A stretch of 52,244 nucleotides of DNA from positions 1 through 52,244 of the forward strand of contig CAXHJY010000047.1 of the NCBI GenBank assembly GCA_964016885.1, given 5' to 3'. This DNA is from Eledone cirrhosa. Taxonomy: Eukaryota. The notes beneath the pieces are model-generated. The model was not told the origin of the DNA and did not search any database. It saw only the letters and a list, made by a program, of their open reading frames with translations. A program made the translations under genes and the position numbers. Shown here piece by piece: positions 37,301-52,244 of the stretch (positions are counted from its first letter, which is position 1; each line of letters opens with the position of its first letter).

Positions 37301-37759
37301 TACAGACACGGGCGCCCGGGTAGGGACCCCGCCAAAAAGATCTGTCCCAGATGCGTGTGCGACGAGGAAACCGTTGCACACGCATTAGTACACTGCTCGG
37401 GCGTAGCCGATCTGTGGGGCTATGTCGAACAACTGCTGTCAAGGGTGGGACCGATCCGGTTGACCACCGAGTCTATTGTAATGATCAAGCCGCCTCCCCC
37501 CTTCAAAGATGAAGCAGAGGCGGTGTTTCTGTGCGTAATAGCCATGGCGAAAGAGGTTGTATGGTGGACGCGTCTGAAAGGACTGAGGTCGGGCACCTTT
37601 CTCTCTGGCCAACAACTGGTCCGTTTCTTCCGATATCATTTCGGAAGAAGGATCAGGATGGAGAGAGAGGTGCTGCACCCCAGCCGTTTCTATGAAAGAT
37701 GGGTGAAAGTGGCGAGAATGGCCCGTGTGAATGGGCCTTCACTCTACATCAGACTATAG
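34322..37759 (+). CDS. LINE ORF2p: apurinic-like endonuclease + reverse transcriptase + C-terminal zinc finger (~1145 aa from the first ATG)
   Basis: APE motifs CLNARGL, ICEAR, LVGDWN, SYLDRF, SDH; RT motifs KSPGLDGLP, FRPITLLN, DQSKAFD, RQGCPLS, YADD; C-terminal CPRC-x8-H-x4-C. First ATG at 34322; the track's 34298 start is a GTG. Confidence 0.95.
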   Translation: MAMLRVGCLNARGLGSTWKQAMLLNDLRSQRIDVMVICEARISNVRQLAPTFDDFEMHASLCQPGGGGGVVVLLQKHLGLATQMVHLDPEGRLVVLDLGSGEGGAFRLVAAYGPFGSMRPDFFHRLETFLGTSRSLLLVGDWNGILDARWDYVGACPDREGCNSLKGLIGRFDLADRYRLDFPTAPTWTWANRSGSSRSYLDRFLVRIKDKDFLSCPKMRIVGYSDHKLVTCMVNLDRTHRQGPGYWKLNLSLPASRAYRNRISTLVKERLTGAIVNSRWWVSLKREIRVVSIEFSKVLAADRNRKERELIDRVEEAIRSGDVARVLASRTALSQFFDAKHEGCVVRSKIRALGNEGTKAVSWARVTEANSGTKSTIRSLRDLDGRAILEPKQMCEAFQRHFARLFGRGGEPVGNVDFGPYLDGLPRLSDREAKSCEEPISAAEIEDVLSQCGKRKSPGLDGLPYELYLAMPDLFPDLLEAVYCNWQQNGRIPCTVTKGVVTLVRKDENKGDEISNFRPITLLNTELQILAKVLAKRLALVVGNLVGDAQTCAIPSRSIHDNLHLMRYIIERVGNEPGFGGALINLDQSKAFDRVDHGYLDAVLAAAGFGPVFRGWITAMHSSRICSRVKVNGYLSEPFKIARSIRQGCPLSSLLYVLTLEPLLRKLELLQGIPLEPGLRKAVSAYADDVTVMVSTASEIEAVGTLLEEYEKFTGAKLNRDKSIGLQLGTWRGRPMPSDSVVGRWTEGPVKLLGVWFGPDLQVEKNWAEVTNRVFALTQKWASCKLSLKGRAEVANTYIASVIYYRLTVVPCPRETLTKMERALFQFLWKRRAPMVRRSICCQHPSKGGLGMPWLMMRKHALRLRHLYVFLTGQPVWASFVRRTFPRLVSLTELQSWVKQRPRKLGAWHTECAQALTALWQADPVISGDSTATFYRGLVRSRCDDALGEALDMEEDELASLFGRTFIPGPMDNFQKSLAWQCYRGALPVRERLYRHGRPGRDPAKKICPRCVCDEETVAHALVHCSGVADLWGYVEQLLSRVGPIRLTTESIVMIKPPPPFKDEAEAVFLCVIAMAKEVVWWTRLKGLRSGTFLSGQQLVRFFRYHFGRRIRMEREVLHPSRFYERWVKVARMARVNGPSLYIRL

Positions 37760-38023
37760 GTGAGGAAGATGAAAGACCAAGGGAGCACCCCTTCTCTGTG
37801 CTCCTGAGGAGAAGGGTTGCACACTTTTTTCGGGGGTGTGTGCGACCCCCCAAGGCGCCTCCTCTCTATTGAGGATTTTGTTAAAAATTTTATTTTTTGT
37901 TATATCTTATTTTATTTTTATATTTTGTTATTGCCTCCTCCTTATTGAGGACGCCTTTTTGTGTAAACTCCCCCCTTTGTACTTGTCCCACTTTTGATGC
38001 CCTAGTGGCAAATAAAAGAAATA

Positions 38024-38058
<35 letters not shown>
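38024..38058. repeat. (TATC)~8 tract, 3' flank/target of the Tx1-type LINE
   Basis: Read directly. Confidence 0.95.
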
Positions 38059-38718
38059 TTATGTGTGTGTGTGTGTGTGTGTGTCTGTCTGGTTGTTTGT
38101 GTGTGCATACATTTTTCTAAAACTAAACCGAAAGAAAGAAACAAAGAAACAAACCAAAAACAAAAAGAAAAGAAAAGAAAAAAGTGAAAAAGAAATAAAA
38201 GCTTAAATAAATAAATAATAAATAAACAGTAGACATGAAATTGGATTCCTCATGAAGCATGATGTGTGTATTTATCATAACAGCATAACATGATTAATAT
38301 CAACATGAAAATCAAATATATATGATATCATCATCAGCGTTATGGGATAAGGGAGTGGGAAAAGGGGTCGATTTTCTTTCTCCGCCCGCAACGTTACGGC
38401 TCGTCGCCTAACCATGCTTTATTTTATAATATACATACACTCAGCGATGGCGTCCTTATAAACGAACAATTGGCGAGTAACTTAATGAGGCTATTACGTG
38501 AAGGGGTCATCAGTCTGAAAAACCTATTGAATTCTAATTACATAATGTGTTTACAGTTCTCATCACAAAAACATTCACGCATATGCAAACCATCTGCACA
38601 CACACACACACACACACACAGACACATATATATATATATATATATATACATATACACACACACAAAAACATACATAAATAGGATGCTGGCATACGTTGTA
38701 ATGAAATGATTGCGTGCG

Positions 38719-38749
<31 letters not shown>

Positions 38750-39052
38750 GTATTATGTATGAGTTTGTGTGTGCGTGTGTAGCTATAAATACATACGAAG
38801 CCGTCCGTTGGGACAAGATATATATATATGTTTTTTTTTTTATCTACACACAATCACGTATACACACGGATATACACACACCCACATACATGTATACATG
38901 TGTGCGCGCACGTATGTCGATATGGGCGCTTCATGAGTGTTTTGCTTTTCAATCTACATCGGATATATGTGTATATCATTTGTTGAACATACATTCAAAT
39001 ACACGCACATTCTATCTACTATCATGTGTGAGTGTGTGTGTGCGTGTGCGCG

Positions 39053-39054
39053 TA

Positions 39055-39117
<63 letters not shown>

Positions 39118-39206
39118 TATATATATATACATTATATATATATATATTAGAAAGGATCGCGGCCTGATTCTTTCTAATATATATATATATAATGTATATA
39201 TATATA

Positions 39207-39238
<32 letters not shown>

Positions 39239-39534
39239 GCATAAGTATATATATATATATATACTTATATATATATGTATATGCATAAGTATATATATAT
39301 ATATATATATACTTATATATATATGTAAATGCATAAGTATATATATATATATACTGGGAGAGGAAATGGTATATATTTTATCTAATATTTCTAAAGACAT
39401 GATTTATGATATATATATATATAGGTATAAGTATATATATATATAACTATATATATAAGTATATATATATATAAGTATATATATATATATGTATAAGTAT
39501 ATATATATATATATATATATAAGTATATATATAA

Positions 39535-39577
<43 letters not shown>

Positions 39578-39588
39578 TATATATATAA

Positions 39589-39629
<41 letters not shown>

Positions 39630-39640
39630 TATATATATAA

Positions 39641-39691
<51 letters not shown>

Positions 39692-39710
39692 TATATATAT
39701 ATATATATAA

Positions 39711-39747
<37 letters not shown>

Positions 39748-39764
39748 TATATATATATATATAA

Positions 39765-39797
<33 letters not shown>

Positions 39798-40147
39798 TAT
39801 ATATATATATAAGTATATATATATATAAGTATATATATATATAAGTATATATATATATAAGTATATATATATATAAGTATATATATATATAAGTATATAT
39901 ATATATATAAGTATATATATATATATATAAGTATATATATATATGTAAGTATATATATATATATATATATATAAGTATATATATATATGTAAGTATATAT
40001 ATATATATATATATATAAGTATATATATATATATAAGTATATATATATGTATAAGTATATATATATGGATAAGTATATATATATATGTATAAGTATATAT
40101 ATATATGTATAAGTATATATATATATAAGTATAAGTATATATATATA

Positions 40148-40178
<31 letters not shown>

Positions 40179-40354
40179 TAGAAATATATATATATATGTA
40201 TAAGTATTTATATATATATGTATATATATATGTATATATATATATATGTATATATATGTATATGTATATATGTATATGTATATATGTATAAGTATTTATA
40301 TATATATATGTATATATATATATGTATATATATATATGTATATATATATATGTG

Positions 40355-40403
<49 letters not shown>

Positions 40404-40676
40404 CTATATATGTATATCTATATATCTATATATCTATATATGTATATCTATATATGTATGTCTATAGATATGTATGTCTATAGATATGTATATATATATA
40501 TATGTATATATATATGTATATATATATATATATGTATATCTATATATGTATATCTATATATGTATATCTATATATATGTATATCTATATATATGTATATC
40601 TATATATATGTATATATATATATATGTATATATGTATATATATATATATGTATATATATATATGTATATATATATG

Positions 40677-40729
<53 letters not shown>

Positions 40730-41264
40730 GTATATACATATATATATGTGTATATACATATATATATATATATGTATATACATATATATATATATATGTA
40801 TATACATATATATATATATGTATATACATATATATATATATGTATATACATATATATATATATGTATGTACATATATATATATGTATATACATATATATA
40901 TATGTATATACATATATATATATATGTATATACATATATATATATATGTATATACATATATATATATATATGTATATACATATATATATATATATGTATA
41001 TACATATATATATATATATGTATATACATATATATATATGTATATACATATATATATATATATATATATGTATATACATATATATATATATCTATATACA
41101 TATATATATATATCTATATACATATATATATATATCTATATATTTATATCTATATATTTATATCTATATATGTATATCTATATATATGTATATCTATATA
41201 TATGTATATCTATATATATGTATATCTATATATCTGTATATCTATATATCTATATATCTATATA

Positions 41265-41310
<46 letters not shown>

Positions 41311-41545
41311 ATATCTTATATATATATATATATCTTATATATCATAAATATATATAATATATATATATATATATATCATATTTATACATATATGAATATA
41401 TATGTATGTATGTATGTATTTATGTATGTATGTATGTACGTACTTACGTACGTATGTATGTATGTATGTATGTATGTATGTATGTATGTATGTATGTATG
41501 TATGTATGTATGTATGTATGTATGTATGTATGTATGTATGTATGT
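39053..41545. repeat. Compound (TA)n / (TATAAG) / (TATG)n microsatellite block
   Basis: Read directly. Confidence 0.95.
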
Positions 41546-41967
41546 GAGTGTGTGTGTGTACATATACAAACACATATATGATTTAGCTGGCAGAATGTCA
41601 AAACTGTTCATAGAAAATGTAAATTGGATAGTTATTGACATGAACCATTTCGCAATGCAAAATCGGTGGCACTGAAGCGAAGGGACTTCAAACGGGAAAC
41701 GAAACCGCTTCGCAGAGTCGATTTGTGCAAAACTCAGATCCACCTCTACGTCACTTGCCCGTGTATGTCAATTATATGCATACAGATGCATATATATATG
41801 CAGACGTGTGTGAGGGAGTGTGGGGGTGTGTTAGTTAAACCTCCACCCAACACCAAACCACCTGAATCTTATAGAAATGACTTCTACAGGTCTAGAAAAG
41901 ATGTTTTCTTCTAAGTATATATATATATATATATAAATATAAATATATATATATATGTATATATATG

Positions 41968-41999
<32 letters not shown>

Positions 42000-42027
42000 C
42001 TTATATATATATATATATATTTATATG

Positions 42028-42131
<104 letters not shown>

Positions 42132-42132
42132 C

Positions 42133-43874
42133 ATAACTTTGAATAACTTTGAAATGTTTTGGCCAGTATTGGCCCAGGCCATGTCTAACTTAATAGCACC
42201 ACCTGGCGAAGTCTTTCAATTCAGGATTTGGGCACCATGGCCCATTCGAGAAGAGAATTACTGTTTGCGGAGACATATCCGGGTGTGGGTGGTTTGTCCG
42301 GGATTACTTGGAGGAATTTGTCCAAAGACTTCTTGAATTTTGTGTGGTCAGTTTCTGTTTTGACGTGTCCTGGTGTGATGTTGAAGAGAGCAGGGCCGAT
42401 TGAGGTGAAATAATTGTGCCGTATTGTTGTTATGAGTTGCGATTTAGATTTTTGAATGGGACGGATAGCACGGGGCCCAAGCCTTGGGTGTATCTTGAAG
42501 GCGATGCCAACATCATTTGGGCAGTGATGATGGAACATTTTCCACATCATGCAGATAATATAACGCTCACGGCGACGTTGGAGTGAGTAAAGTTTCAGGT
42601 TTTCCAATCGACCCCAGTAGTCAAGGTCTGACATGCCATCTATCTTTTTCGTGATTGCCCTTTGAGGAGCTTCAAGTTTCATGATACTTTGTTTCGTGTG
42701 GGGAGACCACAGTGGACAACAGTATTCAAGGTGTGGTCGGGCGAAAGTAGAGAAGAGAAGGATAATGGTGCGGGAATCTCTCGACTGGAAGGTTCTGAGG
42801 ATCCAGGAACACATTCTGCGGGCCATGTCAACTTTGCTGCTTATATGCGTGGTCCAGCTTATGTTGCTGTCCACGGTTACTCCCAAGTCTCTGATGTTGT
42901 TTGATGCCACGAGAGTTTCCCCGGAGGGAAGGGAGTACGGGAGTTTCAGAGCATCCTCTTTTCCAAAGTGGATCAGTTCGAATTTGTCTTCGTTCAGTAA
43001 CATGTTGTTCTTTTCTGCCCATTGGGTAACAGCCAGTAGGTCTGACTGAAGGCTTATCCGGTCATCCACGCCATTGATGACCTTTTGGAGCTTGGAATCA
43101 TCAGCGAAAATTTTAATGTTGCTGTGTTTGATGATGTCAGTGATGTCATTAATATAGATGATGAAGAGAAGTGGGCCCAACACAGTGCCTTGTGGGACTC
43201 CACTACTGACTTTGGCTGGGCTTGATTTGACTCCCTCAACTACAACATGTTGGGTTCTGTTTGACAGGAAGCTCTTGATCCACTGCAGCAGCTTTCCAGT
43301 GACACCAATATTGGACAGCTTTCTCAGTAGAATGTTATGATCAACCCTGTCAAAGGCCTTGCTGAAATCAAGGTAGATAACATCAGTGTTGGAACCCTCT
43401 CCCAAGGCTCTCAAAATGTCATCAAAGTGATGCAGTAGTTGCGTCAGGCAATCCCTTCCATTACGGAATCCATGCTGGTTGGAGTTCAGCATATTGTTAC
43501 TCTCAAGGAAGTGGGTCATTCGCGATCTCACCACTCGCTCAAATACCTTAATGATATGAGAGGTGAGTGAGATTGGACGGTAATTCACGGCAAGGGATTT
43601 GTTTCCCTTTTTGAAAACTGGGACAACAGACTGGGATAGAAGGTTTTCTGGCACATATCCAGCATCCAGTGAGTTCCGCCACAGATTGGCAAGAGGAGAA
43701 GCAAGTTGGTGTTGACACGCCTTCAAGACACAAGCAGGGAACCTATCGGGACCTACTGCTGAATTATGCTTGATTTCCTTTATTGCCGCCAAGACATCAG
43801 GGGCGCCAAACGTTATGTCCGATAAGGTGTAATGGGGAGTAACATCGCCGATACAGCCCAGATTTATACCAGCC
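42133..43874 (-). mobile_element. 5'-truncated CR1-type LINE (RT domain to 3' end), reading frame 42221-43876 open
   Basis: [59 protein letters not shown] motifs; short 3' UTR with a GGCCA..TGGCC stem and a (TTCAAAGTTA)2 tail; (TA)n on both sides. The N-terminal YI-repeat part of the track ORF is microsatellite. Confidence 0.9.
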
Positions 43875-43888
43875 ATATATATATATAC

Positions 43889-43919
<31 letters not shown>

Positions 43920-43960
43920 CATATATATACATATATATATATATACATATATATATATAC

Positions 43961-43991
<31 letters not shown>

Positions 43992-43992
43992 C

Positions 43993-44066
<74 letters not shown>

Positions 44067-44322
44067 ATATATACATATACATATATATATATACATATAT
44101 ATATACATATATATATACATATATATATACATATACATATACATATATATATATATACATATATATATATACATATATATATACATATATATATACATAT
44201 ATATATACATATATATATACATATATATATATATACATATATATACATATATATGTATATATATATATACATATATATACATATATATGTATATATATAT
44301 ATACATATATATACATATATAC

Positions 44323-44355
<33 letters not shown>

Positions 44356-44422
44356 CATATACATATATATATATGTATATATATATATACATATACATAT
44401 ATATATGTATATATATATTAAC

Positions 44423-44461
<39 letters not shown>

Positions 44462-44605
44462 CATATATATATTAACATATATATATATACATATATATAT
44501 ACATATATATATACATATATATATATATACATATACATATATATATATACATATATATACATATACATATATATACATATATATATACATATGTATATAT
44601 ATACA
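43875..44605. repeat. (TA)n / (TATACA)n microsatellite
   Basis: Read directly. Confidence 0.95.
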
Positions 44606-44731
44606 TGTGAATATAGACATAGAATATTCGAAAATATTCTGTATGTTTATAATAAACATTTTGAAGACCTAATCGCTATAGAATAGAATACGTCACGTAT
44701 TACAATTAGATTCTCGATAAAAGCAAGGGAA

Positions 44732-44774
44732 GTAATCTACGCGTTTCATTCTTGTTAGAAATCATCAGGACTAC
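44732..44774 (-). ncRNA. Minimal type I hammerhead ribozyme (unit 1)
   Basis: Reverse complement of 45505-45547. Confidence 0.85.
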
Positions 44775-45041
44775 ATATCCAGTGCTTTTATCGAGAATGA
44801 CACAGCTAGAGACTTATAGAATACTTAGCTGCGTACAGGAACTGGTTTGAAAGAGCGGTTGCCGGTCCGGCAGAAATTAGAAATTGGAATAAATGCTCTG
44901 AAATAGCGATATATATGTGAATATAGACATAGAATATTCGAAAATATTCTGTATGTTTATAATAAACATTTTGAAGACCTAATCGCTATAGAATAGAATA
45001 CGTCACGTATTACAATTAGATTCTCGATAAAAGCAAGGGAA

Positions 45042-45084
45042 GTAATCTACGCGTTTCATTCTTGTTAGAAATCATCAGGACTAC
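45042..45084 (-). ncRNA. Minimal type I hammerhead ribozyme (unit 2)
   Basis: Reverse complement of 45505-45547; exactly 310 nt from unit 1. Confidence 0.85.
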
Positions 45085-45504
45085 ATATCCAGTGCTTTTA
45101 TCGAGAATGACACAGCTAGAGACTTATAGAATACTTAGCTGTGTACAGGAACTGGTTTGAAAGAGCGGTTGCCGGTCCGGCAGAAATTAGAAATTGGAAT
45201 AAATGCTCTGAAATAGCGATATATATGTGAATATAGACATAGAATATTCGAAAATATTCTGTATGTTTATAATAAACATTTTGAAGACCTAATCGCTATA
45301 GAATAGAATACGTCACGTATTACAATTAGATTCTCGATCGAATATTCTATGTCTATATTCACATATATATCGCTATTTCAGAGCATTTATTCCAATTTCT
45401 AATTTCTGCCGGACCGGCAACCGCTCTTTCAAACCAGTTCCTGTACACAGCTAAGTATTCTATAAGTCTCTAGCTGTGTCATTCTCGATAAAAGCACTGG
45501 ATAT

Positions 45505-45547
45505 GTAGTCCTGATGATTTCTAACAAGAATGAAACGCGTAGATTAC
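45505..45547 (+). ncRNA. Minimal type I hammerhead ribozyme (inverted unit)
   Basis: GTAGTC-CTGATGA-tTTCTaacaAGAAt-GAAA-CGCG-TA^-GATTAC; stem I extended by ATTCTCGATAAAAGCA / TGCTTTTATCGAGAAT. Confidence 0.87.
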
Positions 45548-45706
45548 TTCCCTTGCTTTTATCGAGAATCTAATTGTAATACGTGACGTATTCTATTCTA
45601 TAGCGATTAGGTCTTCAAAATGTTTATTATAAACATACAGAATATTTTCGAATATTCTATGTCTATATTCACATATATATCGCTATTTCAGAGCATTTAT
45701 TCCAAT

Positions 45707-46950
<1,244 letters not shown>

Positions 46951-46981
46951 AAGATCAAAAGATGGTTAAAGGAGTTCCATG

Positions 46982-47052
46982 TATTTTATTATGCGCATTT
47001 CAAAAACAAACATCATCATGCAATAATATTTTTGTTTTCATCAGATAAAACA
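46982..47052 (-). ncRNA. Type I hammerhead ribozyme motif (inverted copy)
   Basis: Reverse complement of 47169-47239 with one change in stem II. Confidence 0.75.
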
Positions 47053-47168
47053 GGAGAACATGATATGAAGGCTAAAAAACACTTGTGGATAGTGCAGTTT
47101 TAAATCAACATATATGTACATAACTGTACTATCCACAAGTGTTTTTTAGCCTTCATATCATGTTCTCC

Positions 47169-47239
47169 TGTTTTATCTGATGAAAACACAAATATTATTG
47201 CATGATGATGTTTGTTTTTGAAATGCGCATAATAAAATA
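47169..47239 (+). ncRNA. Type I hammerhead ribozyme motif
   Basis: TGTTTTAT-CTGATGA(47177-47183)-15-bp stem II-GAAA(47220-47223)-TGCGCA-TA^-ATAAAATA. Confidence 0.8.
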
Positions 47240-47814
47240 CATGGGACTCCTTTAACCATCTTTTGATCTTATATATTATGTATACTCCAGTCCTACAAAC
47301 TGTAGAGTGCTTCTTATCCGATATCTGCATTGCTTTATTGTACTACAATAAAACTCACCTCCTACATATATGTATATATATATATATACATATATATAAA
47401 TATATATCTATATGTATGTATATATATATATATACATATATATAAATATATATCTATATGTGTATATATATATATATATAGATATATATGTATATATATA
47501 TATACATATAGATATATATGTATATATATATATAAATATATATGTATGTATATATATACATATATATAAATATATATATATGTATATATATACATATATA
47601 TAAATATATATATATGTATATATATACATATATATAAATATATATATATGTATATATATACATATATATAAATATATATATATGTATATATATACATATA
47701 TATAAATATATATATATGTATATATATACATATATATAAATATATATATGTATATATATATATATAAATATATATATGTATATATATAGATATACATATA
47801 TATAAATATATATA

Positions 47815-52244
<4,430 letters not shown>

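Larger units (their letters stand above)
32302..38021 (+). mobile_element. Full-length, apparently intact Tx1-type (L1 clade) non-LTR retrotransposon
   Basis: ~215-nt 5' UTR, two uninterrupted ORFs, ~260-nt 3' UTR ending AATAAAAGAAA; (TATC)n on both sides. Confidence 0.92.
44606..45706. mobile_element. Retrozyme / Penelope-pLTR-like array: 310-bp unit x ~2.4, then ~1.2 units inverted
   Basis: Units start at 44606, 44916 and 45226; inversion at ~45338; each complete unit carries one hammerhead. Confidence 0.85.

Noticed and set aside
34774-37678. Antisense and alternate-frame ORFs inside ORF2 (likewise inside the CR1 and RTE fragments)
   Set aside because: Shadows of GC-richer coding sequence, with no motifs.

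Overview
AT-rich eukaryotic (metazoan) DNA dominated by (TA)n, (CA)n and (GA)n microsatellites, with no recognisable host gene. The tRNA-like SINEs resemble those I recall from octopod cephalopods; that assignment is an inference. The main element is an apparently intact 5.7 kb Tx1-type (L1 clade) LINE at about 32302-38021, with a CCHC ORF1 and an APE-RT-zinc-finger ORF2, sitting inside a (TATC)n tract. Four more 5'-truncated copies of the family also end next to TATCTA, and three of them are stacked head-to-tail at one site, which suggests a (TATC/GATA)n-targeting retrotransposon. The second theme is type I hammerhead ribozyme motifs in small non-coding, (TA)n-flanked, Penelope/retrozyme-like elements. 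There are eight with an intact core and stem I, plus several decayed or half motifs, including a 310-bp tandem unit with one hammerhead per complete unit. Also present: a CR1-type RT fragment, an RTE fragment with a PHD-like C4HC3 finger inserted in its RT, a decayed R4/Dong RT, two short RTE-like 3' ends, two hAT MITEs with 8-bp TSDs, many SINEs and several minisatellites. Nearly all other ORFs in the track are translations of simple repeats or antisense frames.
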